In this document: positions 25,653-34,295 of the stretch, in pieces
Layout of the letters: the number at the start of each line of letters is the position of its first letter
How positions within the stretch are numbered: the stretch's first letter is position 1
Source: Bacteroidales bacterium
GTDB taxonomy: Bacteria; Bacteroidota; Bacteroidia; Bacteroidales; UBA7960
NCBI GenBank assembly: GCA_003560165.1
Contig: PWJC01000070.1
Coordinates: 594 to 64,593, forward strand
Reading direction: 5' to 3'
DNA: 64,000 nt
Notes under the pieces: generated by a model
Databases searched by the model: none
The model's input: only the letters and a program-made list of their open reading frames with translations
What the model was told of the DNA's origin: nothing
Made by a program: the position numbers and the translations under genes

Positions 25653-27518
25653 TTAAATATAGGTGGCAATGATGTTGATAAAATCTTCCAGGTTAAACGG
25701 CTTGGGGATGTAGTCGTCGCATCCCGCATTGCGGCTTTTGTCGCGGTCGCCATCCATGGCATAGGAAGTCTGGGCGATGATGGGGAGCCCGGGCTGCAGT
25801 TCCTTGATCTGCCGGGTGGCTTCGTACCCATCCAATACCGGCATGCGCACATCCATCAGGATCAGGTCGACATGGGTGCCTATCCTGATCTGGTCGACCG
25901 CTTCCTGCCCGTTTTTGGCCCAGATCAGGTTGGCACCGGTTTTCTTCAGTGCTGTTTTGATCAGCAAAAAGTTCGTCGTGACATCCTCTGCCACAAGGAT
26001 CACTTTGTCACTCCAGTTTAAGTCCATATGGGAAGCATTTACGATGTAATTCCGAAAAATGGATTCTGTGCCTCTATGCAGGGGCAGGGTGAAGGTAAAT
26101 ATGGAGCCTTCGCCGGGGGTGCTTTCAAGCCAGATATCGCCTCCGAACAATTTGACAAAGGCCTTGGAAATAGCCAGCCCCAGACCGGTGCCTTCGTATT
26201 TGGGCTGATGGTCGACCGTGGCCTGCATGAAGCGGTCGAAAACCACCTCCTGCTGGTCTTCGTCCATGCCCACCCCGGTATCCTTTACATAAAACAACAG
26301 TTCTTTTTCGTGGATGGAATATCCGATCTCCACCAGCCCCCTGTTGGTAAACTTGATTGCATTGCTCAGCAGGTTGATAAACACCTGCTTGAGGCGGGTG
26401 CGATCGGACAGGATCACATCATCGGCCCCATTCAAACTGTACCTGACCTTGAGTTCAACGCGACCGTCCTGAATTTTGTTGTTATTGCGGAAGAGTTTGC
26501 ACACCTCGTCGATCAACTCATTGATGGAGAATTCGCTTTCGTTGATGGTGAGCATGCCGGCCTCGATCTTCGAGAGGTCGATGATGTCACCAATGAGCGT
26601 CAGCAGGTGGTTGCCGTTTTTATTGATGATCTCTACGTATTCTTTCAGTTCTTCATCGCTCTCGGCCTCCAGCAGCAATTGCGAGAACCCAAGTATCCCA
26701 TTCATCGGAGTCCTGATCTCATGGCTCATATTGGCCAAAAAGGCCGACTTCAGCTTGTCCGATTGCTCAGCCCTTTCCTTGGCTTCCTCAAGCTGGGAGG
26801 TGCGCTGTTTTACTTTATTTTCGAGAGTGAAGTTGGCTTCTTCCAGCTGGGCCTTGCGTTCATCGAGCTGGCTGTTCAGAAAAAAATCGCGGCGGGCAAA
26901 ATACTCGATATTATAAGCGGCGAACATCCCGATGACATTGGCGGCAACAAAGAAAAAGTTGTTGTTGATGATGAGTTCGGGCGGGGCACCGGAAAAGGCA
27001 ATGGCGCCAACATTGTACAGAATAAGAATGAACCATCCGCCAATGGTGGCGATCAGAAACCTCAGCTTGATAAAGAAATAGCCGGCAAAGAACACCAGCA
27101 TGAGCCCGCCGTAGTAGGCATAGTTCTCGGGCACCACCATCAGCATCACGCTGATGCCGGTACCCCCCAGAACGAAGGAGAGAAAAACCAGGGGCTGCCA
27201 TACCTTGGAAAAAAAGGGGAAAAATGACAGCAAAAAGGTAGCGGCGATAAATGGGATCACGATCCCGAAGCGAATGATGGTAAACAAATGCGTCAGCTCG
27301 GGCACCACAATGCTGTCGAGCAGGCCAAACACCCCATAGAGCAAACCCACCAGGAAAAAGGACACCCTGAATTGCGGCAGCGAATCGCGGTAGTATTTTT
27401 TCAGGAATGACTTTTCGCGCTCATCCCTGAATGCCAGGGTTAAGGGGTTGAGGTTCATTCGCCTGATGCCACCGGGTAATTCGTTGAATAAAGTGGTCGA
27501 TGAGTTATTCGTTGGCAT
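25653..27518 (-). CDS. Hybrid sensor histidine kinase (polytopic membrane sensor, coiled coil, HisKA, HATPase_c, C-terminal REC)
   Basis: About 6 TM N-terminal domain, H-box [37 protein letters not shown], receiver ILVAEDV...[13 protein letters not shown]. Confidence 0.85.
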   Translation of the reverse strand: MPTNNSSTTLFNELPGGIRRMNLNPLTLAFRDEREKSFLKKYYRDSLPQFRVSFFLVGLLYGVFGLLDSIVVPELTHLFTIIRFGIVIPFIAATFLLSFFPFFSKVWQPLVFLSFVLGGTGISVMLMVVPENYAYYGGLMLVFFAGYFFIKLRFLIATIGGWFILILYNVGAIAFSGAPPELIINNNFFFVAANVIGMFAAYNIEYFARRDFFLNSQLDERKAQLEEANFTLENKVKQRTSQLEEAKERAEQSDKLKSAFLANMSHEIRTPMNGILGFSQLLLEAESDEELKEYVEIINKNGNHLLTLIGDIIDLSKIEAGMLTINESEFSINELIDEVCKLFRNNNKIQDGRVELKVRYSLNGADDVILSDRTRLKQVFINLLSNAIKFTNRGLVEIGYSIHEKELLFYVKDTGVGMDEDQQEVVFDRFMQATVDHQPKYEGTGLGLAISKAFVKLFGGDIWLESTPGEGSIFTFTLPLHRGTESIFRNYIVNASHMDLNWSDKVILVAEDVTTNFLLIKTALKKTGANLIWAKNGQEAVDQIRIGTHVDLILMDVRMPVLDGYEATRQIKELQPGLPIIAQTSYAMDGDRDKSRNAGCDDYIPKPFNLEDFINIIATYI

Positions 27519-27547
27519 GACAATAAGTCCTTGGTAGGATATCCACG

Positions 27548-27555
27548 CAAATTTA
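27548..27555 (-). promoter_or_regulatory. Candidate Bacteroidota -7 promoter box (TAnnTTTG)
   Basis: Minus-strand TAAATTTG, 30 nt upstream of the hybrid kinase ATG at 27518. Confidence 0.35.
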
Positions 27556-27663
27556 ATGTTTTTCCTTAACCACAGCCATTTAATCTGATGAAATTAACCG
27601 GTTATGGGGTTTTTTGAGGCAATAATCAATGTGGCCGGGTTGTCGGTCAAGGCCGAATTTTAT

Positions 27664-27671
27664 TACCTTTG
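27664..27671 (+). promoter_or_regulatory. Candidate Bacteroidota -7 promoter box (TAnnTTTG)
   Basis: TACCTTTG, 29 nt upstream of the pnuC ATG at 27700. Confidence 0.35.
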
Positions 27672-27699
27672 CGCGTTTAAAAACCCTAAACCCCTCCCC

Positions 27700-28368
27700 A
27701 TGATGCTGGCCAACTCTTTCCTGCAGCTTTTTTATGAAAACGTGATGGAAACTACCTGGCTGGAGCTGATTGCAGTGACTTTCGGCATTATGAGCGTCTG
27801 GTTCGCCAAACAGGCCAATCTCCTGGTTTACCCCACGGGGATTGTCAGCACAATCATTTATATCTATATCTGTTTCAACATCCAGCTATACGCCGACATG
27901 GGCATTAATCTCTTTTATACCAGCATGAGCGTATACGGCTGGTACGCCTGGACACGCAGAGACCATTTGAAAAGAGTCAGGCCCATCCGCTGGAATACCC
28001 GAAGGGAACAGCTTACCGGCATTGCCCTCATCCCGTTCCTGTATGTAGTCATACTGGGCCTGATTTACCTGTTCAAGCAGGACGATACCGAATACATGAA
28101 TTCCTATATCCCTTATGTAGACTCCTTCACCACCTCTGTTTTTCTGATCGCCATGTGGTATATGGCGCATAAAAAAATTGAGAACTGGATCTACTGGACG
28201 GTGGCCAACATCATATCCATTCCGTTGTATTTTGTAAAAGGCCTGGTGTTTACAAGTTTTCAGTTTTCCGTCTTCCTGGTTCTGGCCATATTGGGCTTGT
28301 TGGAATGGATCAGATTATACAACCAGGGCAGGGCAAGGGAACAAAAATTCATTGATGACCTGATCTGA
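27700..28368 (+). CDS. pnuC: Nicotinamide riboside transporter PnuC family
   Basis: WLELIAVTFGIMSVWFAKQANLLVYPTGIVS and later W-rich TM pattern typical of PnuC. ATG 27700 lies 29 nt after a TACCTTTG box, so the track start at 27604 is rejected. Confidence 0.75.
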   Translation: MMLANSFLQLFYENVMETTWLELIAVTFGIMSVWFAKQANLLVYPTGIVSTIIYIYICFNIQLYADMGINLFYTSMSVYGWYAWTRRDHLKRVRPIRWNTRREQLTGIALIPFLYVVILGLIYLFKQDDTEYMNSYIPYVDSFTTSVFLIAMWYMAHKKIENWIYWTVANIISIPLYFVKGLVFTSFQFSVFLVLAILGLLEWIRLYNQGRAREQKFIDDLI

Positions 28369-28369
28369 C

Positions 28370-28939
28370 TCAACCCGGACGGCGGTTGTACAGGTTCATC
28401 GTCCGCTCAATGCCCTGCAACCCGAAGCTGATCGCCATTTCGGCAGCCACCCCGATCCGGGGCTCAATCACCTGCATTTCCTCCTGCGTCCATTTGCCCA
28501 GCACATACTGCGACTGGTAGCCCGTGGGGTAATCGCTCCCGATGCCAAAGCGCAGACGGGCAAAGTGGTCGCTGCCGAGGGTGTCGATAATGTCGGACAG
28601 GCCATTGTGTCCGCCGGCCCCGCCACTGGCGCGTAAACGAAGCAGCCCGAGGGGAAGGGCCACATCATCGGCAACGACCAGGAGGTTTTCAAGGGGTACT
28701 TTTTCCCTGTTCAGCCAATAAAGTACCGGCCTTCCGCTGCGGTTCATATAGGTGGAGGGCTTGAGCAGGAAGAACATACGGCCCTTAAGCCTGAAAGAGG
28801 CCATATCTCCGTAGCGGGCCGGGGCAAACCCAGCTTCATGCATGCCAGCCAGGCGATCGGCTACCATAAACCCGATGTTGTGGCGGGTATTGACGTATTC
28901 GGGCCCGATATTTCCCAGTCCGGCAATCAGGTACTTCAT
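28370..28939 (-). CDS. pth: Peptidyl-tRNA hydrolase
   Basis: MKYLIAGLGNIGPEYVNTRHNIGF, GGHNGL motif, length 189 aa. Confidence 0.9.
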   Translation of the reverse strand: MKYLIAGLGNIGPEYVNTRHNIGFMVADRLAGMHEAGFAPARYGDMASFRLKGRMFFLLKPSTYMNRSGRPVLYWLNREKVPLENLLVVADDVALPLGLLRLRASGGAGGHNGLSDIIDTLGSDHFARLRFGIGSDYPTGYQSQYVLGKWTQEEMQVIEPRIGVAAEMAISFGLQGIERTMNLYNRRPG

Positions 28940-29002
28940 TTCTTATCCATTTATGTCCCGCAGGCAGCGCGGCAGGGAAAACCAGGGAAAACGTAAAAAC
29001 AG

Positions 29003-29125
29003 GTTTAAGAGTTTAAAAGTTTAAAAGTTTAAGTATTTAATAATCAACTCTTAACCACTTCAACTCTTCAACTTTCCTCTTCCTACCTACTACCTACTAC
29101 CTACTACTTACTACCTTCTGCCTCC
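29003..29125. repeat. Composite tandem-repeat mosaic (GTTTAAAA-type octamers, TTCAACTC units, CTACCTA heptamers)
   Basis: GTTTAAGA GTTTAAAA GTTTAAAA GTTTAAGT (29003-29034), TTCAACTC TTCAACTT (29059-29074), 3 perfect plus 3 variant CTACCTA units (29083-29124). Lies between the ctc terminator and the pth start. Confidence 0.9.
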
Positions 29126-29142
29126 TGGTGCCACAATGCATT

Positions 29143-29191
29143 CAAAATTAAAAAATAAAGGCATGCTGCCCCTATATGGCAGCACGCCTTT
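29143..29191 (-). terminator. Rho-independent terminator of rplY/ctc
   Basis: 14-bp stem with 13 of 14 pairs (AAAGGCATGCTGCC / GGCAGCACGCCTTT, 29157-29191), 7-nt loop. On the minus strand it is followed by a T-rich tract (plus-strand AAAATTAAAAAAT). Confidence 0.6.
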
Positions 29192-29231
29192 ATACTGATC
29201 AGGTCTGCGGGCCATGGCCCGGAAAACAAGC

Positions 29232-29903
29232 TTATCCTTCGGCCGGCTTTTTTCCGCCCTCTTCGTCTGTGGCTCCGGCTTCCTCCTCGCCTACGGGGGT
29301 TTCGCCTTCTTCTCCTTCTTCCACTTCTTCCTCTTCTGCTTCAACCGGTGCCATCATAACAGCCCTGGCAGATTTGACCATGACCACCACAGAATTCCCG
29401 GGATCGAGGAAACGAATTTTTTCAAGTGCCAGCTCATCCACCACCACCGAATCGCCGATGTCGAGCGCCGAAATGTCGATGTCGATCTCTGCCGGCAAAT
29501 CATCGGGAAGAGCCAAAACCTCAAGCTTGCGCCGCTTGATCATCAGTTTCCCCCCGGCGATCACTCCCGGACTGCTGCCGGTCACATTGATGGGGATCGC
29601 CATTTTAACCGGCTTATCGGGAAATATTTCCAAAAAGTCGGCATGCAGTATCTGCTCGGTTACTGGATGAAATTGGATGTCCTGCAACACAGCATTCATC
29701 TTTTTGCCCTTAATATTCAGGGCCACAATACAGGCAGCAGGGGTATATACGATGTCCTTGAAACTTTTTTCGGAGGCGTGGAACCGGATCTGTTCCGTTC
29801 CGCCATATACCACACAGGGAACCTGTCCCTCCCTGCGCAGCCGCTTCGCATCTGTTTTCCCTACGTTCTCGCGCGGAGAACCGCTAATAGATACTTTTCT
29901 CAT
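29232..29903 (-). CDS. rplY: 50S ribosomal protein L25 / general stress protein Ctc
   Basis: MRKVSISGSPRENVGKTDAKRLRREGQVPCVVYGG N-terminus and acidic C-terminal tail. Confidence 0.85.
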   Translation of the reverse strand: MRKVSISGSPRENVGKTDAKRLRREGQVPCVVYGGTEQIRFHASEKSFKDIVYTPAACIVALNIKGKKMNAVLQDIQFHPVTEQILHADFLEIFPDKPVKMAIPINVTGSSPGVIAGGKLMIKRRKLEVLALPDDLPAEIDIDISALDIGDSVVVDELALEKIRFLDPGNSVVVMVKSARAVMMAPVEAEEEEVEEGEEGETPVGEEEAGATDEEGGKKPAEG

Positions 29904-29944
29904 AGAAACACGGATTAAAAACCATTGATAAAATAAATAGCCCG

Positions 29945-29952
29945 CAAAGATA
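29945..29952 (-). promoter_or_regulatory. Candidate Bacteroidota -7 promoter box (TAnnTTTG)
   Basis: Minus-strand TATCTTTG, 42 nt upstream of the rplY ATG at 29903. Confidence 0.35.
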
Positions 29953-30012
29953 ATACTTTATGCCGGAATAAGCCCATACCTGGCAAAAAACCTCAACAAC
30001 CCCTTTCCGGGT

Positions 30013-30957
30013 CTATAGTATGGTGGAGAACTCGAAATGCGAACTGATGGACTCGTGGTTGTGCACCCGCTGAATCACATTGGCAAACAGCAGGGATGAG
30101 GTAAGCACGGTCACCTTGGGGCAGTCTTTCTTCAGGGGGATGGTATCGGACACGATTACTTCCTCGAAGCTGCTTTTGGCAATGCGGTCGTAGGCCCTGT
30201 CGCTGAATACGGCATGGGTGGATACAGCCCGCACGCTGCTGGCCCCTTTCTCCAGCATCATGTCTCCGGCCCTGGTAATGGAACCTGCCGTGTCGATGAT
30301 GTCATCCACCAGTACCACGTCCTTGCCCTGTACATCGCCGATCAGCGTCATGCGTTCCACTTCATTGGCCCTGATCCGCTGCTTGTAGCAGATGACCAGC
30401 TCGCTGTTAAGGAATTTGGCATAGGCACCTGCACGTCGTGTCCCTCCGGTATCGGGCGAGGCCATCACCAGGTTGGGTAGTTCGAGTTGTTTGAGGTAGG
30501 GAACGAAGATGGCCGACCCATACATGTGGTCTACCGGCACATCGAAGAAGCCCTGGATCTGGTCGGCATGCAGGTCCATAGTAATGACCCTGTCAACGCC
30601 GGCGGCGGTCAGCAGGTTGGCGATCAGCTTGGCGCCGATCGACACACGGGGTTTGTCTTTGCGGTCCTGACGGGCAAAACCAAAATAGGGGATCACGGCC
30701 ACCACCTGCTTGGCCGATGCCCTTTTGGCCGCATCTATCATCAGCAGCAGCTCCATCAGGTTATCGGCCGGAGGAATGGTGCTCTGGATAATAAACACGT
30801 CATTCCCTCTCAGGGTCTCTTCGAACGATGTTTGAAATTCCCCATCCGAAAAATGTTGCACCCGTTCCCTGCCCAGGGGCTTTCCATACCTTTGGGCGAT
30901 CTTTTCTGCAAGGATGCGTGAGGCTGAACCCGAGAAAATCTTTACGACGGTGGCCAT
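30013..30957 (-). CDS. prs: Ribose-phosphate pyrophosphokinase
   Basis: FSDGE, YFGFARQDRK, PRPP-binding loop VLVDDIIDTAGS. Confidence 0.9.
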   Translation of the reverse strand: MATVVKIFSGSASRILAEKIAQRYGKPLGRERVQHFSDGEFQTSFEETLRGNDVFIIQSTIPPADNLMELLLMIDAAKRASAKQVVAVIPYFGFARQDRKDKPRVSIGAKLIANLLTAAGVDRVITMDLHADQIQGFFDVPVDHMYGSAIFVPYLKQLELPNLVMASPDTGGTRRAGAYAKFLNSELVICYKQRIRANEVERMTLIGDVQGKDVVLVDDIIDTAGSITRAGDMMLEKGASSVRAVSTHAVFSDRAYDRIAKSSFEEVIVSDTIPLKKDCPKVTVLTSSLLFANVIQRVHNHESISSHFEFSTIL

Positions 30958-31009
30958 GGAAGGAGTTTTTGATACAAGCTGAATGCCTTTACGAGTGGCT
31001 TAGCCTTAA

Positions 31010-31017
31010 CAAAAGTA
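31010..31017 (-). promoter_or_regulatory. Candidate Bacteroidota -7 promoter box (TAnnTTTG)
   Basis: Minus-strand TACTTTTG, 53 nt upstream of the prs ATG at 30957. Confidence 0.35.
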
Positions 31018-31089
31018 TAAATAATATCAGAACAGTCGGGCGGGCCTGCCAGGGAATTGCTTTTTTTTTGGAGAATCCTGGTGTTTGAT

Positions 31090-31097
31090 TACCTTTG
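31090..31097 (+). promoter_or_regulatory. Candidate Bacteroidota -7 promoter box (TAnnTTTG)
   Basis: TACCTTTG, 36 nt upstream of the tRNA-Leu 5' end. Confidence 0.35.
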
Positions 31098-31132
31098 CAC
31101 TCCAGACACCGCTCACAGCCTGCAAAGCGAAT

Positions 31133-31216
31133 GCCCGGGTGGCGGAATTGGTAGACGCGTTGGTCTCAAACACCAATGATAGCAATATCGTGCCGGTTCG
31201 ATCCCGGCCCCGGGTA
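31133..31216 (+). tRNA. tRNA-Leu (anticodon CAA), no encoded CCA
   Basis: Manual fold: acceptor GCCCGGG/CCCGGGT (G1-U72 wobble), D-arm GCGG-AATTGGTAGA-CGC, anticodon stem TTGGT/ACCAA with loop CTCAAAC, long variable arm, T-arm GCCGG-TTCGATC-CCGGC, discriminator A. Confidence 0.85.
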
Positions 31217-31225
31217 CAGGCAACC

Positions 31226-31257
31226 AAAAACTCCCTTGTTTTCAGGGAGTTTTTTTA
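31226..31257. terminator. Bidirectional rho-independent terminator (tRNA-Leu / ABC permease)
   Basis: AAAAACTCCC-TTGTTTTCA-GGGAGTTTTTTT: perfect 10-bp stem flanked by an A-run and a T-run, between convergent genes. Confidence 0.65.
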
Positions 31258-31267
31258 TTATGGCCTG

Positions 31268-33739
31268 CTATTCGTACTGTAGCGTCTCGGCGGGATTGCG
31301 CCGCATGCTTCGCCAGGCATGATAACCCACCGCCAGGAATGTGACAAAAAATGCCGCAAACATCGAAACCACAAAAGGCCATATGGTCAAACGGGTGCTA
31401 TAGGCAAATCCATCCAGCCATTGCCCCATAAAATACCAGGCCAAAGACGTGGCCAGGACAAACGCAATAATCAAAAGCGATAAAAACTCACGATTCAGCA
31501 TGAGTATCACATCGCTGAGTTTGGCTCCCAATACTTTTCTGACGCCAATCTCCCGGGTGCGTTGTTCGGCAGCATAGGCCGACAATCCATACACCCCCAA
31601 AAAGGATATGACGATGCACAGCAATGCAAATGCGCCAAAAAAGGTGCTTAACACCTGCTGAGACTGAGATAGCCCGGCAATGGCCTCATCCAGGAAATAA
31701 AAAACCAGTGGGTTATTGGGCGCAAAAGAAGTCCAGGCCCGTTCAATGGCACTTACAGCTGCTGGAATATCAGAGCCCGGGACTTTAACCAGCAGAAAGT
31801 TACCCCTGTCCTCCATGGGGAACATCAGCAATGGCTCGACAGGTTTGGCCAGGGAGGTATAGTGAAAATCCTTTACAACACCCACAACACGCCTGTCATA
31901 TCCGGAATACTCCGACAAAAGGTAGTTGGCCTGAATAGATTTGCCGATGGGATCGTCCCACCCAAATTGCCTTACAGCAGTTTCATTTACCACGATGGCC
32001 TCGCCTAAATCAGTACGCAGATCCCAGTCAAAAAAACGGCCCGCCACCAGCTCCATTTCCATGAAGCCTTTAAAGTCTGGTGATATCTGAGCATAGTTAA
32101 GGGAAAACATCTGAAAGCCATCTTCCGTTTCAATTTCAAGGGAGTTTTGTATGGTATAAAGGGATGGAAAGTAATTGGAGACCGTCGCATCTCTGATCAG
32201 AGGTTCCTGTAAGAGCATGTTTTTCAGCACCCCTGCCCTGTTCATGTTCACGTCATCCTGCATTTCTATGATCATGACATGGTCATAACCATATCCAAGG
32301 TCTTTGTTGTTCATATAGCGAAGCTGGCTGTTCACCACCAGGGTTGCCGCAACCATAAATACAGAGATGATGAATTGAACTACTATCAGGGTTTTCTTGA
32401 GCGACGTGGTGCCCCGCCCTGGTGTAAAACGCTGTGCAAGCACCCTGGCTGGTGTAAAAGACGAAAAGTAAACCGACGGGTACACACCGGCCACCAGGCC
32501 CACAAATACAGAAATCCCCAGCAAAATAATCAGGATCTGGGGGTTGGATACCACGCTTGTGGTAATGTCCACACCGAGAAGTGTGTTAACCGAAGGCAGC
32601 ATGATCTCAACCAGCACCAGTGCACCAATCAGGGCGGCCATGGTGGTCACGACAGACTCCGCCATAAACTGTTTAATAAGCTGCTGTCTGTCTGCACCCA
32701 TGACTTTTCTGACTCCTACCTCTTTGCTGCGCTTATGAAACCTGCTGATGGCCAGATTTGTATAATTTATAGACGCTACAAGCAATAAAAACAGGGCAAT
32801 TACAGAAAAAACACCTGCCATCTCAGGGCTCATCATGGTTACTGCCCCTGTTTCAGAAGTCATTTCATATTCCATTTTTGATTGCAGGTGTATGGTATGC
32901 AGGGGCTGAAACTTCAGGCTGCTGCTCGACTGTACCATGTCTTCCATTTCGGCCAGATGCTCCTGGTAAAAACCCTCCCAATGCGAGTCCATAAAAACAG
33001 CCGGATCGAAACCATCAACCGTTTGCAAATAGACCCAGCAGACCCGGCTTAAAAAATTATTTTCAAAAATAGCCCAGGAAGCCCCGGGGCCGAAAGCTGA
33101 TTCAAATAAAGATCGCATATGGGCCAGGGTGCTCATTGAAAGCAGGCCTTCAAACTGAACATGGCTGTTTACCGGAGGATCTTCGACCACCGCTGTTACC
33201 TGCACCCCACCCAAACCTTCAACCTGCACCGTGACCCCAACGGGATCACCCTGGCCAAAATACCTTTCAGCCATGCTTTTGGTCATCACCATGGAAAAAG
33301 GTTCCTGCAGCGCAGTTTGGCCGTTTCCATAAATAAATTCAAAGTGAAAAAAATCAAAGAATGTGGAGTCTGCAGCAAACACACCGGATTCATGGAAGCT
33401 TCTTTCCCCATGCCGGTAAACCATATTTCTAAAAAAAAAACTCAGTGGAAATATGCGTGTGAAATTTTTGATCTCAGGAAACTGAGACTCCATGAGAGGT
33501 GCGAGCGGAAAAGAGTTGACGGCCAATCCGATCTCATCACCCCCTGTCCTGCTAATGGCAGCCAGCCGGTACTTGTTCTGATAGTCTTCATGGTAACGGT
33601 CATAACTAAACTCAAACTGCAGAAAAAGTATGATCAGCAGTGCACCGGCCATACTCACCGCCAAACCAACCACATTGATGAGGGAATATTGTTTCTCAAG
33701 GATCAAACGCCTTAGACCTATTTTTATATCTGTTCGCAT
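31268..33739 (-). CDS. FtsX/MacB-type ABC transporter permease (two FtsX modules with periplasmic domains)
   Basis: MRTDIKIGLRRLILEKQYSLINVVGLAVSMAG start typical of this Bacteroidota family. Two 4-TM FtsX-like modules. The internal ATG at 33739 is preferred over the track start at 33832. Confidence 0.8.
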   Translation of the reverse strand: MRTDIKIGLRRLILEKQYSLINVVGLAVSMAGALLIILFLQFEFSYDRYHEDYQNKYRLAAISRTGGDEIGLAVNSFPLAPLMESQFPEIKNFTRIFPLSFFFRNMVYRHGERSFHESGVFAADSTFFDFFHFEFIYGNGQTALQEPFSMVMTKSMAERYFGQGDPVGVTVQVEGLGGVQVTAVVEDPPVNSHVQFEGLLSMSTLAHMRSLFESAFGPGASWAIFENNFLSRVCWVYLQTVDGFDPAVFMDSHWEGFYQEHLAEMEDMVQSSSSLKFQPLHTIHLQSKMEYEMTSETGAVTMMSPEMAGVFSVIALFLLLVASINYTNLAISRFHKRSKEVGVRKVMGADRQQLIKQFMAESVVTTMAALIGALVLVEIMLPSVNTLLGVDITTSVVSNPQILIILLGISVFVGLVAGVYPSVYFSSFTPARVLAQRFTPGRGTTSLKKTLIVVQFIISVFMVAATLVVNSQLRYMNNKDLGYGYDHVMIIEMQDDVNMNRAGVLKNMLLQEPLIRDATVSNYFPSLYTIQNSLEIETEDGFQMFSLNYAQISPDFKGFMEMELVAGRFFDWDLRTDLGEAIVVNETAVRQFGWDDPIGKSIQANYLLSEYSGYDRRVVGVVKDFHYTSLAKPVEPLLMFPMEDRGNFLLVKVPGSDIPAAVSAIERAWTSFAPNNPLVFYFLDEAIAGLSQSQQVLSTFFGAFALLCIVISFLGVYGLSAYAAEQRTREIGVRKVLGAKLSDVILMLNREFLSLLIIAFVLATSLAWYFMGQWLDGFAYSTRLTIWPFVVSMFAAFFVTFLAVGYHAWRSMRRNPAETLQYE

Positions 33740-33870
33740 GTGCTCATCACTTTGTTGAGGTGTCAGGTTTGAATGCTGATGGTTGTTTACAGAGGACCAT
33801 TTTCTCCGGCAAATTAAGCAAAAAACATGCAAATTCCCGCATTCGCCTTGGTTTCATTCCCTTATCAACG

Positions 33871-34050
33871 TCACGACTCATTATTCTGAACCGACATCTG
33901 CACAAAAACGTACACCAATGTCCGTTTGCGGACACCATCATGTTCGATAACGCAATTGGTGAGTTTGCTGAAGTTGCCAATATCCGGACAATCCTTAGTA
34001 TGTGCCTCATCATCAAAGAGTACGTTTAATGTTGTTGCATACCTTTTCAT
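33871..34050 (-). CDS. Hypothetical 59-aa ORF in a low-GC orphan region (possibly the distal half of a disrupted gene)
   Basis: ATG 34050 to TGA 33871 translates to MKRYATTLNVLFDDEAHTKDCPDIGNFSKLTNCVIEHDGVRKRTLVYVFVQMSVQNNES. It is in frame with a 36-aa ORF (34167-34057) and separated from it only by a TAA. No family recognised. Confidence 0.2.
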   Translation of the reverse strand: MKRYATTLNVLFDDEAHTKDCPDIGNFSKLTNCVIEHDGVRKRTLVYVFVQMSVQNNES

Positions 34051-34295
34051 CGCATATTATCGACAAACAGGTCTTCTGCGCTCTATGAAGTCTTCGGAGT
34101 CCTGTATCAGAGCATCCTCTATCTTGATATTCTGATCTTTACCTGCCTTTTTCTGGCATCCGCGCATGACCTCCGGGCACTTATTCCTGAAGTGGCCGGA
34201 AGTAGCATTTCCGGGAAGCAAATGTATTATTTCCACCGTACCGCTGCCGCCCCCTTAGGCAGGTCCGTTCATTAAGGCCGTGGTGGCCCGGGCCG

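Noticed and set aside
27519-27699. TPP/NAD-type riboswitch upstream of pnuC
   Set aside because: No CTGAGA / ACCTGATCTGGATAATGCCAGCG-like blocks are present. The candidate -7 box lies only 29 nt before the ATG, which leaves no room for an aptamer.
31133-31216. G1-U72 wobble at the top of the tRNA-Leu acceptor stem as a sign of a pseudo-tRNA
   Set aside because: All other stems, the T-loop (TTCGATC), the anticodon loop and the long variable arm are canonical. A promoter box and a terminator flank the gene. A single terminal wobble is tolerable.
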